From NCBI GenBank assembly GCA_029066805.1, contig JAIEFT010000013.1, forward strand, positions 1,167 to 65,166: DNA of 64,000 nt, in the 5' to 3' direction. The DNA is from Clostridiales bacterium (GTDB taxonomy: Bacteria; Bacillota; Clostridia; Christensenellales; Pumilibacteraceae). Position 1 is the first letter of the stretch. Every line of letters starts with the position of its first letter. Position numbers and translations under genes: made by a program. Under the pieces are notes generated by a model that was not told the DNA's origin, searched no databases, and worked only from the letters and a program-made list of their open reading frames with translations. This document shows, in pieces, positions 47,275-56,583 of the stretch.

Positions 47275-48246
47275 ATGCTTTTTATTGACAAGTACGGCGA
47301 TGCCGCCGCCGCGCTCAACGACGCGCTCAGCGGGACTGACTATGTGGCGCGGCTGGAGCGCGAGCTTTGCGCAATGACGAATAGAAACGCAGTGGCGATT
47401 TCCACGTTTGACGGCGCGGTACATGCCGCACTGCACCTTTGCGGCGCGCGCAGCGGCGACTATGTGTTTGCGCCTACGTTTACGTTTTACTCGTATCTCG
47501 CGCCCATAACCAATATCGGCGCAGTGCCTGTGTTTTTGGACTGCGATCCCGTTACGCGCTGCATTTCTCCGCTCGCGTTGGAGACCGCGCTTGTATGGGC
47601 AAGCCTGCAAAATAAGCCGCCCAAGGCGGTAATAATAGACAACGCGTTCGGCAGCGTTGCCGACTACGACAAGCTGATCCCCATGTGCAAGGCGTGGAAC
47701 ATTCCCACGATCGAGCTGTGCGCCGACGCGCTGTGCGGAGTAGCGGGCGGCAAGCCGTGCGGCAGTAACGGCGACTACGGTGTGTTAGGGTTTGGCTGCG
47801 GCGCTGCAATTGCCGCCGACGACATTCTCCCGATCAAGCAGTTCGCAAGATACGAATACACTGACGGGGAAAACCACGACTACAGACTGAACAACTTTTC
47901 GGCGGCGCTTTGCTGTGCTTATCTTTCCGTCGCGCCCAAAATATACGAGCGCAACAGAGCTAACTTAGCGGCGCTAAGCTCTTCGCTCGACTGCGTGATC
48001 CCTCCGGTCAAGGGCGACGGTGCGACTTATGCGCTGATTAAAACAAATCGAATAAAAGAGCTTGAGGCGGCGGGATTCACTGCGCTGCGCCCGCCGCTCG
48101 CGCATATGCTTACTCGGTATTCGGGCTGTCATTATTTCGAGCACGAGCAAGGCTATTCGGTAAGCGGTGAGCTTAACGGCTGTGTGCTCATCGGGCTTGA
48201 TTTTTCGGCGTTCAAAAGATATAAGCTTATTTCCATGCTCAAATAA
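47275..48246 (+). CDS. DegT/DnrJ/EryC1-like aminotransferase-fold protein, apparently lacking the PLP lysine
   Basis: AVAISTFDGAVHAALHLCGARSGDYVFAPTFTF..VPVFLDCD. Start trimmed to ATG 47275, because the track ORF reads through the antisense of the riboswitch. Confidence 0.6.
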   Translation: MLFIDKYGDAAAALNDALSGTDYVARLERELCAMTNRNAVAISTFDGAVHAALHLCGARSGDYVFAPTFTFYSYLAPITNIGAVPVFLDCDPVTRCISPLALETALVWASLQNKPPKAVIIDNAFGSVADYDKLIPMCKAWNIPTIELCADALCGVAGGKPCGSNGDYGVLGFGCGAAIAADDILPIKQFARYEYTDGENHDYRLNNFSAALCCAYLSVAPKIYERNRANLAALSSSLDCVIPPVKGDGATYALIKTNRIKELEAAGFTALRPPLAHMLTRYSGCHYFEHEQGYSVSGELNGCVLIGLDFSAFKRYKLISMLK

Positions 48247-48287
48247 ATTCCGCATTCCGCATTCCGCATTCTGTATTCTTAATTCTG
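48247..48287. repeat. heptamer array (ATTCNNN x6)
   Basis: attccgc attccgc attccgc attctgt attctta attctg immediately after the stop codon. Confidence 0.75.
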
Positions 48288-48375
48288 TTTAACACTTGCC
48301 TTATCCGTATGGTTGTGCTATACTAGGTAAACAACCTCGTTTGCAATTGCAAAATTTTGGGGCGATGGATGTGCT

Positions 48376-48645
48376 ATGAAGGCGATAGTATCGGTAGTCG
48401 GCAAGGACAGAACGGGCATAATCGCGGCGATTGCCGCAGAGCTTGCTGCTTGCAATATAAATATTCTGGAAATCTCGCAGACCATTATGCAGGGCAGCTT
48501 TGTAATGATCATGCACGTGGACGCCGAAGGCGCTTCGGTCGAGCTTTCCGCGCTGTGCGACAGACTTCAGTCCGCTGTTGACGGCTGGGGTATAACCGTG
48601 CATGTGCAGCATGAGGATTTGTTTGCCAGTATGCAGAGAGTTTGA
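48376..48645 (+). CDS. ACT-domain protein (UPF0237-like)
   Basis: MKAIVSVVGKDRTGIIAAIAAELAACNINILEISQT. Confidence 0.85.
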   Translation: MKAIVSVVGKDRTGIIAAIAAELAACNINILEISQTIMQGSFVMIMHVDAEGASVELSALCDRLQSAVDGWGITVHVQHEDLFASMQRV

Positions 48646-48773
48646 AAGCGCATGGCGTAGCACCACCGGATACGAGCGACGTGCGGCGCCCCGCCTCGGT
48701 CATGTAGGTGGGTCTACACTCCCTTCGGTCGGCTCACCGCCTGTTGCCCGTCTGCGGCGCGACTGCGCATTCA
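48643..48773 (+). repeat. family A element (131 bp)
   Basis: tgaaagcgcatgg...ggtcatgtaggtgggtctacactccc...cgcctgttgcccgtctgcggcgcgactgcgcattca. Its first three nt are the TGA stop of the ACT gene. Confidence 0.8.
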
Positions 48774-48806
48774 AAAACATTTTGCGACAAGAGGTCACAA
48801 CTAAAA

Positions 48807-50159
48807 ATGTTCACAAACAACGAAATACTCGAAACCATAGATATGCTCGACAACCGTCATCTCGACGTGCGCACTGTCACCGCGTCGCTGTCGCTTTTGG
48901 ACTGTATTGACGGCTCGGCAAAAAAGTGCGCCGACAAGGTTTACGACAAAATCACGCGCGTGTGCGCGCGGTTAGTGCCCGTTTGCGAAAATCTTTCCGC
49001 GCGCTACGGAGTTAAGATAGTAAACAAGCGCGTGGCGGTCACGCCCATATCGATAATCGGTTCGGCGTGCGGCGATTACATAGGTTTGGCGCATGCGCTC
49101 GACCGCGCCGGCAAGGCGCTTGGCGTGGACTTTGTGGGCGGATATTCCGCATTAGTGCAAAAGGGCGAAACAAAAAGGGAAGCGGAATTTTTGGATACTC
49201 TGCCGCAGGCATTGTCCGAAACGGATATTGTGTGTTCGGGTATCAACGTCGCGTCGGGTAAGAGCGGTATCAACCTAGACGCGGTGGGTAAATTAGGCAG
49301 GATCATAAAGGACTTGGCGTACAGAACGCGCGACAAGGATTCGATCGGCTGTTGCAAGCTTGTAGTGTTTTGCAACGCGGTGGACGACAACCCGTTTATG
49401 GCGGGCGCGTTCACAGGTCTGTCCGAGGGCGAGTGCGCCATCAACGTAGGCGTGTCCGGTCCGGGTGTGGTGGAATACGAGATAAACAAGCACCCCGACT
49501 ACGACATAACGCAAATATGCGAGCTGATAAAACGCACCGCGTTCAAGATCACTCGGCTGGGCGCGCTTATCGGCGAGCAAGCGGCAAAGGAGCTTGACCT
49601 AACGCCCGGCATTGTCGATTTGTCGCTTGCGCCCACGCCCGCAGTGGGCGACAGTGTGGCGCGCATACTGGAGAGCATAGGCTTGTCGAGGGTGGGCGCG
49701 TGCGGTACGACTGCATGCCTTGCGCTACTTAACGACGCGGTCAAAAAGGGCGGAGTTATGGCGGCAAAGCGCGTGGGCGGACTGTCGGGCGCGTTCATTC
49801 CCGTATCCGAGGACGCGGGCATGATAGAGGCGGCGGAAACGAAAGCAATCACTGTGGATAAGCTGGAAGCAATGACGGCGGTGTGCTCGGTCGGGCTTGA
49901 CATGATAGCCGTGCCCGGCGACACCCCCGCCGAGGTTCTGTCAGGCATGATAGCCGACGAATGCGCTATAGGCATGATAAACGGCAAGACCACTGCCGTG
50001 CGAGTCATTCCCGTTTACGGCAAGACCGTAGGCGAAAAAGCCGACTTCGGCGGACTGCTCGGCACTGCGCCGATCATGCCGATCAACGGCGGCTCGCCCG
50101 AAAAGTTTATAAGCCGCGGCGGAATTATCCCGCCCCCGATACATTCGTACAAAAATTAA
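48807..50159 (+). CDS. UPF0210/DUF711 (PFL-like) protein
   Basis: [25 protein letters not shown]...; a partner gene of the ACT protein in many genomes. Start at ATG 48807. Confidence 0.85.
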   Translation: MFTNNEILETIDMLDNRHLDVRTVTASLSLLDCIDGSAKKCADKVYDKITRVCARLVPVCENLSARYGVKIVNKRVAVTPISIIGSACGDYIGLAHALDRAGKALGVDFVGGYSALVQKGETKREAEFLDTLPQALSETDIVCSGINVASGKSGINLDAVGKLGRIIKDLAYRTRDKDSIGCCKLVVFCNAVDDNPFMAGAFTGLSEGECAINVGVSGPGVVEYEINKHPDYDITQICELIKRTAFKITRLGALIGEQAAKELDLTPGIVDLSLAPTPAVGDSVARILESIGLSRVGACGTTACLALLNDAVKKGGVMAAKRVGGLSGAFIPVSEDAGMIEAAETKAITVDKLEAMTAVCSVGLDMIAVPGDTPAEVLSGMIADECAIGMINGKTTAVRVIPVYGKTVGEKADFGGLLGTAPIMPINGGSPEKFISRGGIIPPPIHSYKN

Positions 50160-50161
50160 TT

Positions 50162-50251
50162 ATGAGATTTCTCGCGTTGCTCGAAATGACATTATTTTAA
50201 ACTTTTTTGTCATTCAGAGCGAGCGCGAAAGCGCGAAGCGAAGAATCTCAA
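50162..50251. repeat. family B palindromic element
   Basis: atgagatttctcgcgttgctcgaaatgaca ... tgtcattcagagcgagcgcgaaagcgcgaagcgaagaatctcaa. Confidence 0.7.
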
Positions 50252-50289
50252 CCGCTATTAATAATAATTAAGTTAAGGAGCAATAAAAC

Positions 50290-52062
50290 ATGAAAAGAAG
50301 CGAAATCGAAAACAAGTACCACTGGGATCTATCCGCAATGGTGGACAGCGCCGACACATTCGAAAAGCTGTTCGGCGAAGTGGAAGGCGCGCTTGGAGCT
50401 ATCGAGGCGTACAAGGGCAAGCTGAATAACCGCGAGGACGCGCTTGCGTGCCTCAAGCTGGACGCGGAAGTGTCGCGAAAGTTCGAGCTTATCTACATTT
50501 ACTCGCACATGTACCGCGATGAGGATTCGACTAACGGCGAAGCGGTGGGCTTAGCAGGGCGTACGGAAGGCTTGGCAGGCAAGTACGGCGCGTCGGCGTC
50601 GTATATAAGCAGCGAGCTAGGCGCGCTTGACGGCAGCGTTCTCGATTCGTACATTGCAGACCCCGAGTTTGCCGATTTCGATTTCATGCTGAAGGAGGTC
50701 GTGCGGCAAAAGGCGCATATACTTTCCGATAAGGAGGAAAAGCTGCTCGCTTTGGCGAGCGAGGCGTTGGGCGTTACGTACAATGTGGCGCACATGCTGT
50801 TCGACGCCGACCTCAAGTTTAAGCCGGTCGCCAAGGACGGCAAAAAGGTCGAGCTAAACAACGGGTCTTACGGCGAGCTTTTGGCAGACGGCAACAGAGC
50901 TGTACGCCGCTCGGCTTTTAACAATCTTTACGACGGATATATCGCGCATATCAACACGCTTGCCGCTAATTACGCGGGCAACGTCAAGGCGGATAACTTT
51001 TACGCCAAGGCGCGCGGCTACGGCGATTGCTTGGAGCAGTCGTTGTTCGGCGACGGCGTGCCTACGTCCGTTTATACCAATCTCATCGACGCTGTAGGTC
51101 GCAATCTTGAGCCGCTTCACCGATATATCGGGCTGCGCAAAAAAATGCTCGGACTCAAGGAACAGCACATGTACGACCTGTACGTGCCGATCGTAGACAA
51201 TGCGGAAATGAAGCTGCCCTACGAACAAGCTTGCGAAATCGTCAAGTCGGCAATGTCGCCGCTCGGGCAGGATTACGTTAAGCTTTTAGACCGCGCTATG
51301 ACCGAGGGCTGGATAGACGTTATGCCCAACGACGGCAAGCGCGGCGGCGCGTACAGCTGGTCGGCGTACAGCGCGCACCCGTATGTACTGCTCAACTACG
51401 CGCCCACCACCGAGGATATCTTCACGCTCGCGCACGAGCTGGGACACTGCATGCATTCGTACTATTCGCAAGTTAGTCAGCCGTATTCCAAGTGGGATTA
51501 CAGGATATTCGTCGCCGAGGTCGCGTCCATCTGCAACGAAACGTTGCTCGACGATTATCTTACCAAAAACGTCAAGGACGACAATGTAAAGAAGTATCTT
51601 TTGAGCCTGCGCCTTAACAGATTCCGCACGACGGTTTTCCGCCAAGCCATGTTTGCCGAGTTCGAATACAACGCGCACAAAATGGATCTCGAGGGCAAGC
51701 CGCTCACCGTGGATAACCTCAGCGAAATGTATCTGGAGCTCAACAAAAAGTACTATGGCGAGCACGTCGTTCATGACGACAAAATCGCATACGAGTGGGC
51801 GCGAATTCCGCACTTTTACAAGGCATTCTATGTGTACAAGTATTCCACAGGCATGACTGCGGCTACCAGCATCGCGCACAACATACTGTCGTGCGACGGC
51901 TATGTTGATATTTACAAAACCAAGTTCCTCAGTGCGGGCGGAAACAAATCGCCGTACGAAATTTTGTGCGACACGCAAGTAGATTTGGCGCAGGCAAAGC
52001 CGTACGACGACGCGTTCAAGTTCTTTAACGAAGCGCTTGACGAGCTGGAAAAGCTCGCGTAA
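50290..52062 (+). CDS. pepF: oligoendopeptidase F (M3B)
   Basis: 590 aa with HELGHCMH zinc motif and N-terminus KYHWDLS. Confidence 0.9.
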   Translation: MKRSEIENKYHWDLSAMVDSADTFEKLFGEVEGALGAIEAYKGKLNNREDALACLKLDAEVSRKFELIYIYSHMYRDEDSTNGEAVGLAGRTEGLAGKYGASASYISSELGALDGSVLDSYIADPEFADFDFMLKEVVRQKAHILSDKEEKLLALASEALGVTYNVAHMLFDADLKFKPVAKDGKKVELNNGSYGELLADGNRAVRRSAFNNLYDGYIAHINTLAANYAGNVKADNFYAKARGYGDCLEQSLFGDGVPTSVYTNLIDAVGRNLEPLHRYIGLRKKMLGLKEQHMYDLYVPIVDNAEMKLPYEQACEIVKSAMSPLGQDYVKLLDRAMTEGWIDVMPNDGKRGGAYSWSAYSAHPYVLLNYAPTTEDIFTLAHELGHCMHSYYSQVSQPYSKWDYRIFVAEVASICNETLLDDYLTKNVKDDNVKKYLLSLRLNRFRTTVFRQAMFAEFEYNAHKMDLEGKPLTVDNLSEMYLELNKKYYGEHVVHDDKIAYEWARIPHFYKAFYVYKYSTGMTAATSIAHNILSCDGYVDIYKTKFLSAGGNKSPYEILCDTQVDLAQAKPYDDAFKFFNEALDELEKLA

Positions 52063-52971
52063 ATGCATACCGATTCGGCAAAAAAATCCAAGCGGATCAT
52101 ACTGCTGCTTGCGGTCTGCCTTGCGGCGCTGTTGCTTACGGGCTGCGGCGCAAAGCTTTCCGTGTACGACTACACCGAGGATGGCGTGCGGTACAACCTT
52201 TACGAGCTAAGCATCGACGGCGACACTGTGGCGAACATGGAGCGCACGGCAACCACCGACGCCGACGGCAACAAGTACACTGTGGAAAGCTATTTTGCGC
52301 GGCTGTTCGGCGACTTCGGCTACAGTCTTGTATCCGCGTCGCGCACGGAAGATAAGTACACGGTGCGCTATCGCAAGCCGATCAATAACGGCAACGACCT
52401 TAAAGAGAACGGCACGGAAGTGAGCTTTACCACCACGCATACCGAAAACCCGTTTGTGCGCACGTACACCGCGGTTGCGGAAAATCCGTTTAACGGCGTG
52501 CGGAATAACTACGATAACGTTCAGCCAATGCGGTCTACAACCGTGCTTGAGCGGATAAAGAACGGTGCGATAGCGCATGACGAAAACGGAGAAGAAATAG
52601 TATCGCTGCCCGCTATCGATATCGCTTTCCCGTACCTGAAGGGGCTTGATCCCGACGGGCTGTTGCTGAATTATGTGCGGTACGGGGCGGAGCGAATGGA
52701 AAGCTCGGGGAGCAAGGTTAAGGACGGGGATAAAACGGCGTATGTTTTTTCGCGGTACTTCGATACGACCGAATGCCAAATACAATACAAGTACAAGCGT
52801 GCCGTGCCGTACGGTTGGTACTTGACGGCGATTGCCGCGGGCGCATTGGTATTTGCGGTAATAATAATCGCTACCCGTCCCAAAAAGCAAAAGCCGACGC
52901 TGCTCGACCGCTTCCCGTACAATCCCGAGGAGTATCGAGATTATAACAACAACTTACCGAGCAAATTATGA
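52063..52971 (+). CDS. lipoprotein with C-terminal TM anchor, function unknown
   Basis: Lipobox LLLTGCG. The ATG immediately follows the pepF stop. C-terminal TM WYLTAIAAGALVFAVIIIA. Confidence 0.65.
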   Translation: MHTDSAKKSKRIILLLAVCLAALLLTGCGAKLSVYDYTEDGVRYNLYELSIDGDTVANMERTATTDADGNKYTVESYFARLFGDFGYSLVSASRTEDKYTVRYRKPINNGNDLKENGTEVSFTTTHTENPFVRTYTAVAENPFNGVRNNYDNVQPMRSTTVLERIKNGAIAHDENGEEIVSLPAIDIAFPYLKGLDPDGLLLNYVRYGAERMESSGSKVKDGDKTAYVFSRYFDTTECQIQYKYKRAVPYGWYLTAIAAGALVFAVIIIATRPKKQKPTLLDRFPYNPEEYRDYNNNLPSKL

Positions 52972-53155
52972 AAGCCCATTCATCGCGTGATACGGGCTAC
53001 GCAGCCACAGGCTGACCCTTCGCAAACTTTGGTGTAATATCGAAGTGAGTGATAAACCAAGGTGCGTGCAACATTTGGTTGCTCATGTAGGTGGGTCTAC
53101 ACTCCCGTCGGCGGCTCGCCGCCTGTTGCCCGTCTGACGCGCGACTGAGCTTTCA
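52969..53155 (+). repeat. family A element (187 bp, with internal insertion)
   Basis: tgaaagcccattcatcgcgtgatacgggctacg...ctcatgtaggtgggtctacactcccg...cgcctgttgcccgtctgacgcgcgactgagctttca. Its first three nt are the stop codon of the upstream gene. Confidence 0.8.
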
Positions 53156-53184
53156 TAACAATTCTGAATTATTCGGAGAAAACT

Positions 53185-54714
53185 ATGCCTAAAAGAGATG
53201 ACAGAGAAGAGTTTATAAAGAACCACCCGCACGTTGTTGCGCGCGAAACGCCAAACAACTACGAGGCGGAAACCGCACTGCTCGGCGGCATGCTTATTGA
53301 CGGGCAGACTGCGAGCAAGTTCATGCCGCAGCTGACCGCCGACGATTTTTATACGCCTGCGCACAGATACGTGTACGAGGCGCTGGCGGATCTGTTCACT
53401 GCGGCTAAGCCGATCGACTTTGTCACTGTGGTCGGCGCGTTGGAAAACAGCGGCACGCTCGCGCTTTCGGGCGGGGTGGAGTATCTGTCAAAGATGATAG
53501 CGGCAGTGCCGTCGGTAGCCAACTCCGATTACTACTTCGATCTTGTAAAAAAGACGGCTAGGCTGCGCGCTATTATAGACATTGCCAAAAGAATGGCGGA
53601 CGAGGCTTATGCGCTCGACCCCGATGACAGTGCGCTCACGCGCGCGGAAGCGGCATTGTACGGCTTGGCGGAATCCACACGGCGCGGCAAGCCCGAACGC
53701 TTGGAGGGCTTTGTCAAGACCGTGCTCGAGGATCTTAAGCAGCGCGCAACCGAAACGACCGTTTTTCGCGGCGTGCCTACGGGATTTTCCAAGGTGGACA
53801 GCATACTCGGCGGAGGATTCCAAAAGAGCGACCTTATCATACTTGCCGCACGTCCCGGTCAAGGCAAGACCAGCTTTGCCATGAACTGCGCGGTAAACGC
53901 GGCGCGGCGTAAGCGTCCCGACACGGGCAAGCCGTTTTCTGTTGCGGTATTCTCGCTCGAGATGAGTGCGACGCAGCTTGCAAAGCGTATACTGTGCTCG
54001 GTGGGCAACTACGATATGTCGCGCGCCAACCGCGCAATCGTCACCGAGCAGGAGTGGGACAGGCTGTATTCCGCACGCGACGAGCTGGTCAGAACCAATA
54101 TGTTCATAGACGAATCGGGCAACATTACGCCCGCTGAAATCCTGAGCAAGTGCCGCGCGCTCAAGCATTCCAAGGGTCTGGACTTTGTCATGATAGACTA
54201 TCTTCAGCTCATGCAGAGCGGCAAAAAGGTGGATAACTTTGTTCGCGAAATCGCGGAAATCACGCGTGCGCTTAAATTGGCGGCAAAGGAATTGGACGTG
54301 CCTATACTTCTGCTCTCGCAGATGTCGCGTAGCATAGAACAGCGCAAGGGCGCGGACAAGGAGTCCAAGCTGTCCGACCTTCGCGACTCAGGCGCAATCG
54401 AGCAGGACGCGGATATCGTTTTGTTTATCGACCGCAAGGAAATTCCGAGCGGCGGCGACGACAAAGCCGCCAACACCGAGGTGTACCTCAATATAGCCAA
54501 GCACCGTAACGGCGAGACCGGCAATGTTAAGCTGATATGGAACGCGGCTACAACTACCTTCCGTTCTCCCGACGATAGGGGCACGCCCGACGCGCCGCCT
54601 GCATACTATTCGGGCAGGGACGCAGGGTTTGAGGAATCCGCGCCTCCGCCCGACGACCCCATGGACGGCGGCGACGGCGACTTCGACCCCATTGACGCGG
54701 GACTGCTCGACTAG
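53185..54714 (+). CDS. dnaB: replicative DNA helicase
   Basis: PNNYEAETALLGGML, Walker A ARPGQGKTSFAMN, IDYLQLM, SQMSRS. Confidence 0.95.
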   Translation: MPKRDDREEFIKNHPHVVARETPNNYEAETALLGGMLIDGQTASKFMPQLTADDFYTPAHRYVYEALADLFTAAKPIDFVTVVGALENSGTLALSGGVEYLSKMIAAVPSVANSDYYFDLVKKTARLRAIIDIAKRMADEAYALDPDDSALTRAEAALYGLAESTRRGKPERLEGFVKTVLEDLKQRATETTVFRGVPTGFSKVDSILGGGFQKSDLIILAARPGQGKTSFAMNCAVNAARRKRPDTGKPFSVAVFSLEMSATQLAKRILCSVGNYDMSRANRAIVTEQEWDRLYSARDELVRTNMFIDESGNITPAEILSKCRALKHSKGLDFVMIDYLQLMQSGKKVDNFVREIAEITRALKLAAKELDVPILLLSQMSRSIEQRKGADKESKLSDLRDSGAIEQDADIVLFIDRKEIPSGGDDKAANTEVYLNIAKHRNGETGNVKLIWNAATTTFRSPDDRGTPDAPPAYYSGRDAGFEESAPPPDDPMDGGDGDFDPIDAGLLD

Positions 54715-54748
54715 TAGAATTAATAATTAAGAGTTAATAATTATAATC

Positions 54749-55678
54749 ATGCCGATAGATTTTACCAAAAAATTCAACGTCGGATTGACGCTTAAGACGT
54801 CGCTGCGTACCGCCGACAAGTTTTTCGAGCGGTACGGTTCGTACATAAACGAGGTGTATTTTTCCGCGCCGCTCGGCAATCGCTTCCACACGCGCAGGGG
54901 TATACAGCAACAGCTATCCAAAAAACGCATAATAGATAAGTTTTGGAAGCTGCTCGGCTTAGTCAAAAGCCACGGTATCAGACTGGAAATGGTGCTCAAC
55001 ACAAACATGCTGTCCGAGCAGGATATAGAAAGCGCGCGCGACGTGCTTGTCAAACACAACGTAGATATAGATTCGGTGTGCTGTATGGAAGAGTACTACG
55101 ACGCAGTGAAACGTGTGTTCCCCGGCAAGGATTACATCTGTAGCTTCAATAATGTTTTCAGATCGGTCGCCGATATACAAAAGGTACAAAACGAGTACGA
55201 CAGCTATGTGCTCGGCGGCGCGCTCATTCGCGCTAACGACGCGTTTCGCTGCGTGCGCGAACAAAAGCACGCCAAAGTTGTGTTGCTCCTCAACAACGGC
55301 TGTTCGTTCAATTGCCGCGGCTGCCGATCGGCACAGCACTGCAAGCCGGTGTTTATGGCTAACCTGAAAAAGCATTCCGTTGATTATCTGTATGCGTTAC
55401 AGAGCGTGTTGCCGCCGGAAATATACGACGGCAGTATTGACGTGGACAGCGTCGATTACTTTAAGATATCCAATCGTAGCAGCAAGCTTAGCTATCTTAA
55501 AAAGTGTATGGATAGCTATATGACAAATAGCACGCTCAAGTATTTGCGCCGCGGGTTTATGAACTACTCGCTGTGGGCGCGCATGGGGCATTTTTGGTCG
55601 AGGTACATAAAAATCCGCCGCAAAAAAATGCTCGCTTATAAAGCGGAAATACTCGGGCATGAGCTTGAGCTTAAATAA
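54749..55678 (+). CDS. uncharacterised protein with Cys cluster CSFNCRGCRSAQHC; weak peptidase-U32-family resemblance
   Basis: 309 aa. Alternating beta/alpha-like pattern (EVYFSAPLG...HGIRLEMVLNTN...DIDSV) and CX3CX2CX5C at residues 185-198. The family assignment is tentative. Confidence 0.45.
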   Translation: MPIDFTKKFNVGLTLKTSLRTADKFFERYGSYINEVYFSAPLGNRFHTRRGIQQQLSKKRIIDKFWKLLGLVKSHGIRLEMVLNTNMLSEQDIESARDVLVKHNVDIDSVCCMEEYYDAVKRVFPGKDYICSFNNVFRSVADIQKVQNEYDSYVLGGALIRANDAFRCVREQKHAKVVLLLNNGCSFNCRGCRSAQHCKPVFMANLKKHSVDYLYALQSVLPPEIYDGSIDVDSVDYFKISNRSSKLSYLKKCMDSYMTNSTLKYLRRGFMNYSLWARMGHFWSRYIKIRRKKMLAYKAEILGHELELK

Positions 55679-55767
55679 TAATGCGGTTTGTCGCGGGCGG
55701 AGATTAAATAAATACACCCGTATTTCGCCAAAATTCGTGGCGTTATGTGAAAATATTTGTAAACTAC

Positions 55768-55797
55768 TTGACAAAACTCACATACCTAATATATACT
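55768..55797 (+). promoter_or_regulatory. sigma-70-type promoter of the radical-SAM operon
   Basis: TTGACA (55768-55773), 18 nt, TATACT (55792-55797). The first candidate start codon (TTG 55807) is only ~10 nt downstream. Confidence 0.55.
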
Positions 55798-55806
55798 TAA
55801 AGTACT

Positions 55807-56424
55807 TTGATTGACAGAGCGGTGTACGAAATCCCGACCGATCTTGCGGAATATACGGAGCGTATTCGCAGCGGCAACTGGCAGCCCGACGGGCTGACCC
55901 CGCCAAGCGACGGCAATGTTTATACCGCGGCGCTTTTGGTTTTGCGCGGCAGGCTTCGGAGGAAAAGAGCGGTCAAGCGCTTGTTCAAAACGCTTATCGC
56001 ATCGCGTTACATCCGTGATTGTAAGTTAAAGTTTAGGCTGTGCTCCAAACAACCGGCGTACATGACCGACAAAGGGCTTGTGTGCTTTTCGCTCGGCAGT
56101 ATATTCGGCGGCGATGGCGCGCATGTGCTCAAGCTTGTTTTTCACGAAGTCGCGCATTTGTGGCTTAGCGAACAAAACGGTTACGACAGTCTCAAGGCGC
56201 TGCAAAAAGCCTTTCGTGGCGAAAACGGCAACAATGTTCCCGCTGTGTTTTTGCCAATAGAATACTATGCGGTATCGCTGTCGGCAATAATGCTGGAAAA
56301 GCTTTTGTGCGTTCTGCCAAGCGGAACGGAAGCGGCAGATATCACCAATCAAATCAACTGCGAAAAATCCAAACTTGTCGATTTTCGCGACCTGTCCGAT
56401 TGCGGACCAAAGGAGAAACCATGA
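55807..56424 (+). CDS. HExxH-motif protein (putative zinc metallopeptidase)
   Basis: VFHEVAHLWLSEQNGYD. Start uncertain (TTG 55807 or GTG 55822, no clear SD). The stop overlaps the next ATG (ATGA). Confidence 0.55.
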   Translation: MIDRAVYEIPTDLAEYTERIRSGNWQPDGLTPPSDGNVYTAALLVLRGRLRRKRAVKRLFKTLIASRYIRDCKLKFRLCSKQPAYMTDKGLVCFSLGSIFGGDGAHVLKLVFHEVAHLWLSEQNGYDSLKALQKAFRGENGNNVPAVFLPIEYYAVSLSAIMLEKLLCVLPSGTEAADITNQINCEKSKLVDFRDLSDCGPKEKP

Positions 56425-56567
56425 AAGACAACAAGACCACTCAAAAACCTGAGGATTGTGACGAGCTTCTCAAGCAATACTATGCGCAGGTAGACAGCGA
56501 CGACGATGTACATACATATCATATCGACGGATATACTTACGGGGACTATACCGACAGCTGCTGCTAA
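56421..56567 (+). CDS. 48-aa acidic Asp/Tyr-rich peptide ending in Cys-Cys (candidate precursor peptide)
   Basis: AAAGGAGAAACC, then ATG. MKDNKTTQKPEDCDELLKQYYAQVDSDDDVHTYHIDGYTYGDYTDSCC. Same frame as track ORF 56307..56567, but the SD-preceded ATG is at 56421. Confidence 0.65.
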   Translation: MKDNKTTQKPEDCDELLKQYYAQVDSDDDVHTYHIDGYTYGDYTDSCC

Positions 56568-56583
56568 GCCGCTGAATTAGAGC

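Noticed and set aside
12791-48287. Short tandem GAATNNN arrays considered as possible CRISPR or minisatellite loci.
   Set aside because: The 7-bp period has no unique spacers, each site has only 3-6 units, and no cas genes are present. These are part of a dispersed repeat family, not CRISPR.
53488-54584. Minus-strand ORFs inside dnaB (53488..54168, 54204..54584).
   Set aside because: They are antisense to the replicative helicase and have no independent support.
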